A DNA stretch of 64,000 nucleotides, from assembly GCA_963708075.1 (NCBI GenBank), contig OY970194.1, forward strand, positions 5,536,001-5,600,000. Reading direction: 5' to 3'. Both the position numbers and the translations under genes were made by a program. This DNA is from Sedimentisphaerales bacterium (GTDB lineage: Bacteria; Planctomycetota; Phycisphaerae; Sedimentisphaerales; Anaerobacaceae). Below, piece after piece: positions 36,097-47,190 of the stretch. Within the stretch, counting starts at the first letter, position 1. Every line of letters starts with the position of its first letter. The notes beneath the pieces are model-generated. The model did not search any database. It worked only from the letters and a program-made list of their open reading frames with translations, and was not told the DNA's origin.

Positions 36097-36882
36097 ATGG
36101 ACAGAACAAGCAAGCTGTGGCGCGGTTTCACGCTCATCGAGCTGTTGGTGGTCATCGCCATCATCGCCATCCTCATGGCCATTCTCATGCCGTCCCTGAC
36201 CCGGGCCAGGGAACAGGGCAAACGGATGGTCTGCATGAACAACACGAAGACCCTCGCCTTGGGGTGGATGATATATTGCGAGGAGCACGCCGGCAATATG
36301 CCGAAGGGCGATGCGAACGATACGACCGGCTGGATCCTCAACCTTGGCGCCAACAAGCCCGTGGAAGCACCGCGAGAGACCCAGTTGGAAGCGATCCGGC
36401 GCGGGCAACTCTTCAAGTACGTCCCGGATCTCAAGGTGTACCGCTGTCCGGTAGCGAAGAAGCATGAGATGCGAACGTACAGTTGTACCCATGCGATGAA
36501 CGGCGCCAGGCGTGCCGACGGTCGCAGCTTTGATGGCGGCCCCTTGCTCAGGAACATGTACAAAATCAAGCAGCCGGCCATGCGGTTCGTCTTTATCGAT
36601 GATTTCGGCGAGGACTGGGATGCGGCGTGGGCGGTTTGCTGGAGCCGGCCTTCGTGGTGGAATCCGGTTCCCGCTCGGCACGGCGCCGGCACGACCCTGG
36701 CGATGGCCGACGGGCACTCCGAGTGGTGGGCCTGGAAGGACCAGCGCACCATCGAGCTGATGGAGAAGTGGGATTGGGACCGCCTGGGGGACAATCTCCA
36801 GATTCAGCAGCAGGGGAATCCCGATTTGATGCTGATCCAGAAAGCGGCGTGGGGCGAATTGGGCTACACGTACCAGCCTTGA
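36097..36882 (+). CDS. Prepilin-type N-terminal cleavage/methylation protein with an H-X9-DG C-terminus (DUF1559-like)
   Basis: [39 protein letters not shown]. Confidence 0.9.
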   Translation: MDRTSKLWRGFTLIELLVVIAIIAILMAILMPSLTRAREQGKRMVCMNNTKTLALGWMIYCEEHAGNMPKGDANDTTGWILNLGANKPVEAPRETQLEAIRRGQLFKYVPDLKVYRCPVAKKHEMRTYSCTHAMNGARRADGRSFDGGPLLRNMYKIKQPAMRFVFIDDFGEDWDAAWAVCWSRPSWWNPVPARHGAGTTLAMADGHSEWWAWKDQRTIELMEKWDWDRLGDNLQIQQQGNPDLMLIQKAAWGELGYTYQP

Positions 36883-36931
36883 TACTGAGCTATCCGCAAC
36901 GGGTGGCGGCAGGGTGTGTCATTGACGGGGG

Positions 36932-38560
36932 TCAACTGTCTCCGGCGGGCGCGGGCTGCAGTTGGACATTGCCGCGGCCGAGCAGGGTGCCGGTGGCGAG
37001 AGCCACCTGCACTTGGGCGACTTCGTACTCGACGAACGCGCGAATCCGTCGCAACTGGGCATCGGCAAGTCGCGAGGCGGCGAACAGCACATCGGTGCTC
37101 GTGCGAAAACCGAGCTGGAATTGCTGTTGCTCGACCTGATAGTCGCGATAGGCTGTGACTGCCCCTTGCTCGGCGGCCAGGATGCGCCGCCAGTTCTGCT
37201 CCAGCCCGTCGACGCTCTCATAGACGTCCTGCCGCACCAGTTGCTCGATTCTCTCCCGATCCACCTGATTCCTGACTCGCGCAAGCCGGACCTGCCGCAG
37301 TCGAGCCTGGGCCGCACGGTTGCCCAGCGGCACGACCGCCGACACGCCAACCGAATGGTCCTCGGCGGGTCTGTCGAAAACATTGTCAAAGGCGCGGCGG
37401 GTCGTGCCTGCCTGTCCCGCTGCGGCGTACGTATAATCGAGGTCCAACCGGGGCAGCGTGTCGTTCCTGGCCAGTTCCACGTCAAGGTCATTGATGGCCA
37501 GACGCAGCTCCAATTGGATCATCTCCATCCGGTTGTTGAGGGCTTCCGCCGTCAACGTCTCCGCGTTCAGGTCCAGGCCCCTGGGATCGGGGTCCGTCAA
37601 CGGGATAATCCCCGCCTCGGAATTCAGGGGCATGTCCTTGCGGTTCATGATTCGCCTGAGGTCCCGCTCGCGGTCGCGGACGGCCGTCTCGGCCGAGATC
37701 ACATCCTCCATGCGGCCCGACAAGCCGGCTTCCGCCCGCACGATCTCGAACTTCGGCGCCGAGCCCGCCGCCACCTTGTTGCGGGCGTGGCGCAGTTGGT
37801 CCTGGGCCAACTTGTATTGCTCGCGCCGGACGTCCAGCTCCTTGCGCGCCGCGTAGAGTTGCCAGTAGGCGCCATCGACATTGGCCAGAATGTCTATCGC
37901 GGCCAGCTTCGTGCCGGCGTCCACGATTCCCTTCGCGTACGTGGCGATTCGAATGGACTGGGTATTCACCCGCGTTCCCGCCCCCCGCAGCAGCGACTGG
38001 ATGACCGAGACGCTGACGGCGGCCTCGGACACACCGGAATCATCCTTGCCAAACGGCACGCGCGCTGTGATCAGTGTCCCCGTGGGCAGGGGCTTCGCGA
38101 TGGCGGCTTCGTATTCCCGGTTGTAGGATCGATCGCCGCCGGGCGTAAGGTCGGCCTCGCTGTACCGTGCCGAGCCGAGGAAGACCGCCTCGAACTTCGC
38201 GCGTTCGATATCCACAGTCTGCTGGGCAATCGCCGGGTCCATCAGCTCGACCTTCAGGTCCAGGTTATTGGCCAGCGCCGCCGCGCGGACCTCCTCCAAT
38301 GTCAGTTCCACGGTCGGCCGTGTCTGGTTGGGCTCGGTCACGTCCTTCGCCAATTGCTCAGTAGCCTCCTTGATGGTGACCGGCGCGGACTGCGACTGCT
38401 CCTCGAGCCGGACGGTCTCAATCCGGTTCAACTTCTCTGCCATCGCTTTCAGATCGGGCTCGCGCGCCCTCTGCGATTGCGAGCAACCCATGATGCCGAG
38501 CGTCAGGAGCAGCAAGGCGGCCCATGTCTCAAAGTCTTGGACTGTCGTACAGTCTTTCAT
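36932..38560 (-). CDS. TolC family outer membrane lipoprotein
   Basis: Lipobox IMGC; LTLEEV..AL.NN, AYWQL and two OEP repeats. Confidence 0.88.
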   Translation of the reverse strand: MKDCTTVQDFETWAALLLLTLGIMGCSQSQRAREPDLKAMAEKLNRIETVRLEEQSQSAPVTIKEATEQLAKDVTEPNQTRPTVELTLEEVRAAALANNLDLKVELMDPAIAQQTVDIERAKFEAVFLGSARYSEADLTPGGDRSYNREYEAAIAKPLPTGTLITARVPFGKDDSGVSEAAVSVSVIQSLLRGAGTRVNTQSIRIATYAKGIVDAGTKLAAIDILANVDGAYWQLYAARKELDVRREQYKLAQDQLRHARNKVAAGSAPKFEIVRAEAGLSGRMEDVISAETAVRDRERDLRRIMNRKDMPLNSEAGIIPLTDPDPRGLDLNAETLTAEALNNRMEMIQLELRLAINDLDVELARNDTLPRLDLDYTYAAAGQAGTTRRAFDNVFDRPAEDHSVGVSAVVPLGNRAAQARLRQVRLARVRNQVDRERIEQLVRQDVYESVDGLEQNWRRILAAEQGAVTAYRDYQVEQQQFQLGFRTSTDVLFAASRLADAQLRRIRAFVEYEVAQVQVALATGTLLGRGNVQLQPAPAGDS

Positions 38561-38568
38561 AATGTCAC

Positions 38569-41026
38569 CTATTCATATCTCAGCGCCGTCATAGGATCGA
38601 TCCTTGCAGCCCGGTGCGCGGGAAGATAGCTGGCTACTATTGCCACGAGGAATGTGGTTGCCGCCGCGGCCGCGATAATCCATGGGTCATGCGGGCTGAT
38701 CTCGTAAAGGAGACTCCGCAGGAACCGGCCTATCGCTAGTGCGCCTGCAACCCCCATGAACAGGCCGGCCGCGACCGGCGTCATCCCCTGCCGCAGAACC
38801 ATGCCGTAGAGGTGCCGGGGCAGCGCTCCGAACGCCGCGCGAATGCCGATCTCTCTCGTCCGCCGCGTTACGGAGCAGGATACGACCCCGTAAATGCCCA
38901 GGCCGGAAAGCACAAGGGCGCACCCGGCAAATGTGGAAGCCAGGAGCGTCTGGAACCGTCGCGGTGACACGGATTCCGCCAGCAACTCGCTCACGGTGCG
39001 CATCCTCGCGATCGGCACATCGGGGTCTACGCTGTGAACGGCCTCACGAACGGAGCCGGTAATCGATAAGCCATCGCTCATGGGCCGGGCCACGACGACC
39101 ATGGAAAGCACATTGAAGGCCGATGCCCCCTCCCAATAGGGGCGGTAGACCATAGTCACGAGTTGTTTGTCCACGTTCGCGCGCACATCCCCCACGACGC
39201 CGATCACTTCGAAGATCTCCTTTTCACTTCGCGCAAAGCTCCGTCCCAGCGGGTCCTGTCCCGGCCAGAGAGTCTGTGCGACTCGCTCGGAGATGACTGC
39301 GACCCGATGGGTCCGGTCGGTTCTCGTTGAACGTGCGGCCGGACAGGAGCGAGATGCCCATCGTGCGGAAATAATCGCTGCTGATGAACCGCACGTTGGC
39401 CATGGGACGCTCAAGAGGCGGACGGGAATCCCCGGGCAGAAATGCACCGTCGACACAGGTTTCGCCTTGGAGCGGCAGCGCGCTGACAATCGCCGCTGAA
39501 TGGATTCCGGGCGAAGCGGACAGGGATTCGAGCAGCCGCTGATAGAACTGATAGACTTGCTCCACCTTGCCGTACCTGCCGGCGGGCAGCGTGATTTCGC
39601 TGGCGAGCACCGTCGGAGCGTGGAAACCCTTATCCGCCTGGATCACTCGCGAGAAGCTGCCCAACAGAAGTCCCGCCGCAATCAGGAGCATAACCCCGAG
39701 GGACACCTGGGTGGCGACAAATATGTTGCGCAGATGAACTGCACGGATCGTGGCAGTGGTGCGTCTGCCTGTCGTAAGCACATGCTCCCCCCGGCTTTGC
39801 GCCATGCGCCACGCAGGCAACACACCAAACAGCAGCGACGTGGTCACGGTCAAGGCCAGGGCGAAGAGCAGGACGCGCCCATCGATGCGGGCCTCATCCA
39901 GCCGGGGTGTATCCGCCGGCGAGAGGGCGATCAGGGTGTCCAATCCCATTGCGGCGATCGCCACTCCAAAGAGCGTGCCCAAAGCTGCCAAAAGCAGTGC
40001 TTCGACCAGAGCCTGGCGGAGCAGTTGCGCGCGGCTTGCTCCCAGTGCGATTCGGACTGCCGAGTCGAGGCTGCGGCGTTCCGCCCGCACAAGATTGAGG
40101 ATCGCGAGGTTCAGGCAGGCGATGAGCAGCACCGAGCCGATCGCGCCCAACAGGATCGACAGGCCGCGCTCGGACCTTTCCACGATCGCCTCTTTCAGCG
40201 GCTTAACCGCGGCACGCAGGCCCACGTTCTCGCCCGCCATCTTCTCAAGCTGCGGCGCAATCCCGTTCAGCTCCGCCAGCGCTTGCTCGCTCGTGACGCC
40301 CTCCTTCAGACGCGCGATGACGCCATAGTTGAACATGCCCATCAACTCATTTTGCTCCGGACCCGAAAACACCTTGGGTGTGAATACCTGCGGCTCCGCG
40401 CCGGCGGCCACCCAGAGCACTCCGATCTCGTTCGCCGTTGGGAACCGGAATCGCGCCGGCAGCACGCCGATCACCGCATAGACTTCGTTGTCCAGCGTGA
40501 CCGATGTGCCGATGATCGAAGGGTCGGCATGGAACCTTCGCCGCCACAGTCTGTCGCTGACAACCACCACATGGTGCTGCGCGTCAGTTTCCTCTTGGGC
40601 CGCGAAAGTCCGTCCCAGTGCCGGCCGCACCGCAAGCGTCTCGAACACATTGGCCGAGACTTGCAGCGATGCGAGGGACTCAGGCTCACCGTTTCCAGTC
40701 AGCGTCATGGGGCCCGATCCGAACAGAGAGATGACAGACAGGTTCTCAAAGGATGAGCATCTCTGCCGCCATTCCATGAAGTGCCGGGCATTGACCGGAA
40801 ACAGGGGATACTTGTCCGCGAGGGCGGGAATGATTTCATGCAGACAGACGAGCCGACCCGGCTGTGGGTACGCCAGCGGCCGCAGCAGCACGGCGTTGAC
40901 AATCGAGAACACCGCCGTGGTAGCGCCGATCCCGAGCGCCAGAGTCAATACAGCCACCGCCGTAAACCCGGGACTTCGCACCAGCATCCGAAAGCCGTAC
41001 TTGATGTCTTGCCATAGAGTATCCAT
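38569..41026 (-). CDS. ADOP/MacB-FtsX duplicated ABC permease (7th in the array; frameshift at 39319-39325)
   Basis: MDTLWQDIKYGFR ... PAHRAARIDPMTALRYE; the two ORFs join on removing one base (FNETDRTHRVAVIS). Confidence 0.88.
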
Positions 41027-41063
41027 TTGGCTCTCCTACTCATATTCTCGTGCTGGACACCGT

Positions 41064-41184
41064 TGCAAAGGGTATGCCAGACGAGGTGCCCTTGTGATGC
41101 TCCGGAGGCGCTTTCCGGCACACCAGGTGCGGTCGGCATTGTCGCCGGTGTCCGATCTTGCGTCGGTGCGCCCGGATTTGGACA
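41064..41184 (-). promoter_or_regulatory. Internal sigma54 promoter with an upstream enhancer
   Basis: TGGCAT-ACCCT-TTGCA (minus, 41079-41064); 36-bp TGTCCGAT...TTGGACA element at 41149-41184. Confidence 0.75.
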
Positions 41185-41209
41185 GTCGCGGGCGACCCGT
41201 CTATCCTTT

Positions 41210-43609
41210 CTATTCGCACCGAAGGGCGGTCATGGGATCGATCCTCGCCGCCCGTCGGGCGGGGAGATAACTGGCCAACAACGTCACAGCCGCCAACAGG
41301 GCCGAGACACCGACAAAAGTGGCCGGATCGGCGGGGCTGATGCCGAAGAGAAAGGAGGCCAGGATGCGACTGAGCGCGAAAGCTCCTGCCAGTCCGATCA
41401 ACAGCCCGATCCCTATCAGGAGCAGACTTTGTCGGAGCATTTGACGGATGATATCCTTCTGACGCGCGCCCAGGACCAGACGGATTCCTGCTTCCTGGGT
41501 GCGTTGGCTGACGGAGTAGGCCACCACCCCATACGTCCCGCCTACCGCCAGTATCCCGGCCGCTGCGGCGAAGATGCCGAATATCCAGGAGTACATGCGC
41601 CGAAAGTGCAGGTCCTCATCCACCAGGGAAGACATCGTTGTGAAAGCAGGGACCGGCACAGTCGGGTCGGCCTCTTTGACGATCTGACGGATGAAATTCA
41701 CAAGGCCAAGGGGGGGATTCGACGTGTATACGACCACGCTCATAATACTTCTGCCGCACGTTCGGGGGGCATAAGGCATATAGAGTTCCATGCAGGTTGT
41801 CTGATCCAGACCCTCATGCCTGACGTCCTGCGCCACCCCCACAACGTGGAACCACGTGTCCTTTTCATCCACGCGTCGAAGCCGCTTGCCGATCGGATCT
41901 GCCGTGGGCCAGTAGTACCTGGCCAGACTCTCGCTCACAATCACGGCTATGTCTCCGCGGGGCGGGACGTCCTGATCCGTGAAGGCCCGTCCCACCATGA
42001 GCCTTACTGCCATCGTCGCAAAGTAATCGGGAGAAACCGTGTGCCTGAGAATTCCGGGCTCCCGGCCCGGATCTACCTGGCGGCCGCCCTCGGCAATCAT
42101 CCGTTCGCTTTCGCCTCCACCTTTCAGGGGCGGCGAGTAGATCAGGGCCACGTTCTTGACGCCGGGTAGTGCTCGGACTCTCTCGACGTGGTCCTGGAAG
42201 AAGGCGTGCCATTGTTCCCTGTCCTGGTGGCGGGACGCGGCGGTAAGGGTATATACGAGAATGTCCCGCGTACGAAAACCGGGGTCTACCCGCTGCACGG
42301 TGAGGAGCGTCCGCCCCAGCAGGCCGGCGCCGATCAAGAGAGTCAGGGCCAAGGAGATCTCCCCGGCGGCGAGGGCATGCAAAATTCTGCGTTGCGCGCG
42401 AGGCGCTGTGGTCCGCAAGCCGCCGGCTTGGAGCAAGCCGTGGAGATGTCTGTTCCCTCCCGCGTGCCAAGCCGGCAGCAGGCCGGACAGCACAGCCGTC
42501 CCCACGATAATGCCCACACAGAAGAGCAGGAATCTGGCATCCAAGGCAAAGGACACCCAGGCTGGGATCTGATCGGACAACAGGGCCAGCAGCGCGTCGA
42601 GGGTCCACTGGCTCAGCAGGAGCCCCGCAGCCGCACCGAGTACGGATAATACTAAGCTCTCGACCAGTACCTGCCACATGATCTGTGTCCGCGTGGCGCC
42701 CAGGGCGGCCCGAATCCCCATCTCCCGACCGCGCTGGACGCCCCGGGCCAGCAACAGGCCGCTCACGTTGCAGCAGGCGATGAGCAGCAGCACGCCTACG
42801 GCTCCCATGAAGATCGTGGTAATGGGGCGATACCGGCCGAGAAAGCAGGTATGAGCCGGGGTCACACTCAATTGGGCATCGTCCGCGTCAGGCCAAGCCC
42901 TCGTTGCGACATTATCCAGGCGGAGCAAATCCTGCCGGGCCTGTTCACGCGTGATCCCCGGCCTCAAGCGGCCTAGCACCAGCAAATGGAATTTCTCGGC
43001 ATTGCCTGCCAGGGGGACCCATAAGTCGTGCTTGTCGGGAAAGGCGGCGTCTCGCGGCAGGACCCCGACGATGGTGTGCACCTTGTCGTTCAATTGCATG
43101 GCCTGCCCCACAACGTCGCGGGCGCCGCCCCACGAGCGTTGCCAGAAATCGAAACCCAGCATGGCCACCGGCGGCGCTCCGAGGCGGTCCTCCTCGGCGG
43201 TGAAGCATCGTCCCAGCACCGGCTGGATGCCGAACAGGTCAAAGGCATCATATGTGGTGTGGAACACGGCAATGCTCTCGGCCTGGCCATTCAGCAACAG
43301 AGTGTCGGGTCTGCCCCACATGAACGCCGCCATGACTTCGAAGGCCGAATTGTGCTCCCGCCAGAGAGTCAAGTCCGCATAGGTGATGGACAACTCGGCA
43401 TTCTGCTGAGGAGCCCGCTGAGCCAACTGCACGACCCGCCGAGCGTGTGGGATCGGCAGCGGTCGTAATAGTAGAGCGTTGCACATGCTGAACACGGTGG
43501 CGCTGCCGGCAACGCCGATGGCCAGGATGCCTGCGGTCATGAGCGTGAGCAGTGGCTGCTTAGCCAACGTCCGGCATGCCTGTCTTATGCTGCTGCATAG
43601 TGTCATCAT
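41210..43609 (-). CDS. ADOP/MacB-FtsX duplicated ABC permease (6th)
   Basis: LLIACCNV, REMGIRAALGA, C-terminal PARRAARIDPMTALRCE. Confidence 0.92.
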   Translation of the reverse strand: MMTLCSSIRQACRTLAKQPLLTLMTAGILAIGVAGSATVFSMCNALLLRPLPIPHARRVVQLAQRAPQQNAELSITYADLTLWREHNSAFEVMAAFMWGRPDTLLLNGQAESIAVFHTTYDAFDLFGIQPVLGRCFTAEEDRLGAPPVAMLGFDFWQRSWGGARDVVGQAMQLNDKVHTIVGVLPRDAAFPDKHDLWVPLAGNAEKFHLLVLGRLRPGITREQARQDLLRLDNVATRAWPDADDAQLSVTPAHTCFLGRYRPITTIFMGAVGVLLLIACCNVSGLLLARGVQRGREMGIRAALGATRTQIMWQVLVESLVLSVLGAAAGLLLSQWTLDALLALLSDQIPAWVSFALDARFLLFCVGIIVGTAVLSGLLPAWHAGGNRHLHGLLQAGGLRTTAPRAQRRILHALAAGEISLALTLLIGAGLLGRTLLTVQRVDPGFRTRDILVYTLTAASRHQDREQWHAFFQDHVERVRALPGVKNVALIYSPPLKGGGESERMIAEGGRQVDPGREPGILRHTVSPDYFATMAVRLMVGRAFTDQDVPPRGDIAVIVSESLARYYWPTADPIGKRLRRVDEKDTWFHVVGVAQDVRHEGLDQTTCMELYMPYAPRTCGRSIMSVVVYTSNPPLGLVNFIRQIVKEADPTVPVPAFTTMSSLVDEDLHFRRMYSWIFGIFAAAAGILAVGGTYGVVAYSVSQRTQEAGIRLVLGARQKDIIRQMLRQSLLLIGIGLLIGLAGAFALSRILASFLFGISPADPATFVGVSALLAAVTLLASYLPARRAARIDPMTALRCE

Positions 43610-43620
43610 GGCGACGACTC

Positions 43621-46152
43621 CTACTCACATCGCAAAGCCACCATGGGATCGATCCGCGCGGCCCGTCGGGCGGGGACATAGCCGGCCAGGAGCGAGGCGG
43701 CGCCGAGCAGGGCCACGGTCACGATGATACTGACCGGATCGACGGGACGGACGCCGTAGAGCAAGCTGCCGATCAGACGCCCTGCGGCAAGGGATAGAAG
43801 AAGTCCGACGATCAATCCCGCCGCCGTCAATACCATTCCCTCCCGCAAGACCATGGCCATGACGCTCCCGTGCGTTGCCCCGAGGGCTTTGCGGATGCCG
43901 ATCTCCGGGGTCCGGGAAGCGACCATGTAGCCCTTGACCGCGTAGATACCCAGAGACGCCAGGAACAGGGCCATGGCCCCGAAGGCAATGGCCAGCCGGG
44001 CGCCCAGCCTGGCGCCCCACACGGCGGGGCTATTATGGCGGCTCTCCGCCAGCGTGGCGACCGACAGGATCGGCAACTGTGGATCCACCTTGCGAATCTC
44101 CGCGACGATCCTTCTCAGCAGGGCCGTCTCAGACTCACCGTCCGCGACGCGCACGTGGATGTACGCCGGCAACTGGTCAGGCCCGATGGGTACATAGACT
44201 TGCGGGAAGTCATCCTGGTCCTGCGTGCCGGTTCGCGCATTGGGTACGATCCCGACCACACGGCAGGGCGATGACATGAATGAAAGTGCGGGCGAGCCGT
44301 ACTGGATGAGACAGCCGAGGGCGATGCCGTCCGGCCGGAGTTTACGCGCCAGACCCTCATTGATGATCACGACTTTTTCTGAGTTCGGGGCACTGTCGAG
44401 ACGCTCGAAGGACCGGCCCTGTAGCAGAGGGATTCCCATGGACTCGAAGAAATTCACGCCGACGCCATGCGAGACATACCCCAGCCTTGGACGCAACCCG
44501 GAGGGCCTATCGCCTTCATTTTCCTCAGCCCCAGGGACGTATTCCGTGGCGGACTCGCCGTAGTCACCGCCCTCGCCGAAGGGGAATGAGGTGGACAAAG
44601 CCGCCGCCTGGACGCCTGGCATGGACCTCAGGTGATCGGTCAGAGCCTCATAGACTTGAATGCCGCGGGCACGATTGTAGCCTGCCGCAATAGGATCGAT
44701 CTGAATGAGCAGTTTGCCATCCAGGCTGAAACCGGGATTGACCCGTGCCGCGTGCAGGGCACTGCGGGTGAACAGCGCTGCCCCCATGACGAGCACGACA
44801 GACAGCGCAATCTGTCCGACCACGGAAAGCCCGCGCGGAAAGAACCGCCGCCTCCTGCGGATCGAGCGAGGTGCCTCGCCGCCGGATTCCTTGATGTTGG
44901 TGATGATGTCCCGGCTCGACAGACGCAGGGCCGGCTTGAGACCGAACAGCACGGTGGCGATCCCGCAGAAGCCCAGCGTTGCCCCCAGGACTCGGATATC
45001 CAGGCCCATTCGGAACGAGCCGGTCAGGTCGATGCCCAGGTGGGGCACGTCCACCCATGCATTCAGGATTCGATTACCACAGAAAGCAAAGATCAGTCCG
45101 AAGACTCCGCCGAGCATGGCCAGCAGCATAGACTCGAAGAGCAACTGCCGGATGATGCGCAGGCGGCCGCCGCCGATGGCCATGCGAATGGCGATCTCCC
45201 GGTGCCTTGCGGTCCCTTGCACGACGATCATATTCGCCAGGTTCAGGCAGGCGATGAGCAGGACGACGGCGGATACCCCCATCAGGAACAGGCTGACGCC
45301 GGACAACACCGGTGTCTCGTCTTGTTGATAATCGGTGGTGAGCCTTGGCAGTCGGTACAGATAAGCCGTCGTCTTTTCCCGCCACTGTCTCGGGTAGTTC
45401 TCCTTCAGACGCGGGACAAGCGATTGCAGTTGTGCCTGCGCCGCGGCCATGTCCAAGCCGGGTTTGAGCCGCCCGACCAGCGAGAGCATGGGATAGTTCC
45501 AGTGTTCCGCCTCCATCGAGGCCGGCTTCTCTTTGCCCTCGTGGCCGGCGATGCCGTGACAGCCCAGGGGCAGCCAAAGGTCCGGCCCGATGATCGCGGT
45601 GCCGGTGAATCTCTCCATCGCGACGCCGATGATCCTGAAGAACGTGCCACTGATGGCCACCTGTCTGCCCACGATATTCGGATCGGCCCCTTGTCTTTCC
45701 CAGGTGCGGTAGCTGAGCACGGCCACCGGCTCGGCGCCGTACCGTTCCTCGTCGGGCTCAAAGCCCCGCCCGCGTGCCGGGGCGACGCCCAGTGTGGAGA
45801 AGTAGTTGGCCGAGACGAACATCGCACTCACCTGTCTTGTGACGTTCCCCTGCACCAGGGTGGCAGTGCTGAAATCGCCGCCGTGAGCCGCCAAATCGCT
45901 GAACGCGGGGTTGTTGTCCCGCACGTCGACGTAAGCGGCGTAGGAGCACCACCCGTCCCGGATGCCCCAGCCCGCCAGTCGGTCCGGCTCCTTCACCTGC
46001 ACCGGCCGAAAGACCAGCACGTTGACCACGCTGAACATGATCGTGTTGGCCCCGATGCCGATGGCCAGCGTGACCAGGGCGATGGCCGTAAAGCCGGGAT
46101 TCTTCGCCAGCATCCGAAACCCATAACGCACGTCTTGCCATAGGGTTGTCAT
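43621..46152 (-). CDS. ADOP/MacB-FtsX duplicated ABC permease (5th)
   Basis: MTTLWQDVRYGFR, LLIACLNLAN, PARRAARIDPMVALRCE. Confidence 0.92.
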   Translation of the reverse strand: MTTLWQDVRYGFRMLAKNPGFTAIALVTLAIGIGANTIMFSVVNVLVFRPVQVKEPDRLAGWGIRDGWCSYAAYVDVRDNNPAFSDLAAHGGDFSTATLVQGNVTRQVSAMFVSANYFSTLGVAPARGRGFEPDEERYGAEPVAVLSYRTWERQGADPNIVGRQVAISGTFFRIIGVAMERFTGTAIIGPDLWLPLGCHGIAGHEGKEKPASMEAEHWNYPMLSLVGRLKPGLDMAAAQAQLQSLVPRLKENYPRQWREKTTAYLYRLPRLTTDYQQDETPVLSGVSLFLMGVSAVVLLIACLNLANMIVVQGTARHREIAIRMAIGGGRLRIIRQLLFESMLLAMLGGVFGLIFAFCGNRILNAWVDVPHLGIDLTGSFRMGLDIRVLGATLGFCGIATVLFGLKPALRLSSRDIITNIKESGGEAPRSIRRRRRFFPRGLSVVGQIALSVVLVMGAALFTRSALHAARVNPGFSLDGKLLIQIDPIAAGYNRARGIQVYEALTDHLRSMPGVQAAALSTSFPFGEGGDYGESATEYVPGAEENEGDRPSGLRPRLGYVSHGVGVNFFESMGIPLLQGRSFERLDSAPNSEKVVIINEGLARKLRPDGIALGCLIQYGSPALSFMSSPCRVVGIVPNARTGTQDQDDFPQVYVPIGPDQLPAYIHVRVADGESETALLRRIVAEIRKVDPQLPILSVATLAESRHNSPAVWGARLGARLAIAFGAMALFLASLGIYAVKGYMVASRTPEIGIRKALGATHGSVMAMVLREGMVLTAAGLIVGLLLSLAAGRLIGSLLYGVRPVDPVSIIVTVALLGAASLLAGYVPARRAARIDPMVALRCE

Positions 46153-46169
46153 TGCATGACTCCGGTCTT

Positions 46170-46252
46170 CAGTTCCCAGTTGTCGGTTCCCAGTCGTCAG
46201 TTACGGGTCCCCCCGCCGTCCTGCTGACAACCGACAACTGTCAACTGACAAC
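46170..46252. repeat. Inverted heptamer-repeat hairpin
   Basis: (CAGTTnn)x5, loop, (CTGACAA-like)x4; nearly identical to 49598-49680. Confidence 0.85.
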
Positions 46253-46918
46253 TCATTCCTTCTCCATCCAGCCGTCTTTGAGCCGGATGATTCGTTTGCT
46301 GTAGGCGGCGTACTTGTCGTTGTGCGTGACCTGGATGATGGTCGTGCCCTCGCGATTGAGCTTCTTGAACAGGTCCATGATGGCCTCGCCCTGGGTCGAA
46401 TGGAGGTTGCCGGTGGGCTCATCCGCCAAGAGGAGTTTCGGGCTGGCGATCACGGCCCGCGCGACGCCGACGAGCTGCTGCTGGCCGCCGGAGAGCTGGC
46501 TGGGATACAGGTCCTTCTTGCCGACGATGCCGAAGCGGTCGAGCGAGTCGCAGACGATCGAGGCCCGCTCGGAGGCCTTGATGTTCCGGTAGGACAGCGG
46601 TACATCCAGGTTCTCGTACACTGTCAGGGTATCGAGCAGATTGAAGTTCTGAAACACAAAGCCGATGTACTGCTTGTTCAGGGCCAGTCGGTCCTTGGGC
46701 TTGAGCGTGTGGACGGCGTGCTCGAAGAGATAGTACTCGCCTCCCCAGTCGCCGTCCAGCATGCCGAGGATGTTCAGCAGCGTGGTCTTGCCCGCCGCCG
46801 AGGGCCCCATGAAGGTGACGAAGTCGCCCTCCGGGATCTCCAGGTTGATCTGCCGCAGGACGTAGTTCTTGCCCGCCCGCGTTTCGTAGCATTTCTCGAT
46901 GTTGCGCAGTTGAATCAT
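46253..46918 (-). CDS. ABC ATP-binding protein (MacB/LolD type)
   Basis: [28 protein letters not shown]. Confidence 0.95.
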   Translation of the reverse strand: MIQLRNIEKCYETRAGKNYVLRQINLEIPEGDFVTFMGPSAAGKTTLLNILGMLDGDWGGEYYLFEHAVHTLKPKDRLALNKQYIGFVFQNFNLLDTLTVYENLDVPLSYRNIKASERASIVCDSLDRFGIVGKKDLYPSQLSGGQQQLVGVARAVIASPKLLLADEPTGNLHSTQGEAIMDLFKKLNREGTTIIQVTHNDKYAAYSKRIIRLKDGWMEKE

Positions 46919-46922
46919 AGCA

Positions 46923-47190
46923 TAGTTCTCAGTTCACAGTTGTCAGTTCTCAGTTCCCGTTGGAATGATGGAACAATGGAATACTGGATTGGTGGAAAGA
47001 GGGGCGAGGCCGTTTGTAGTGTGCCCGCAAGGGCATCAACTCGTGTCGCGGGCGTCCCGCCCACGATTTGAGGACGGGACGTCCTCGATACGAAAAGAAG
47101 AAAACGCCTTGCGGCGTCACTACGAACGCGTCTGGCGCATTACCTACGCCACCCATTATCCCAGCGTTCCAGCATTCCATTATTCCAATC
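46923..47190. repeat. Nested composite repeat: heptamer arm, octamer inverted arms and two internal inverted pairs
   Basis: CAGTTnn run at 46923-46960; TGGAATnn run at 46961-46990 against the TCCAnnAT run at 47152-47190; inner pairs 47012-47021/47118-47127 and 47043-47061/47073-47091. Confidence 0.75.

Noticed and set aside
46609..46615. GAGAACC in the ATPase genes as further error sites
   Set aside because: In frame (VYENL) in both paralogs, so these are genuine occurrences of the 7-mer.
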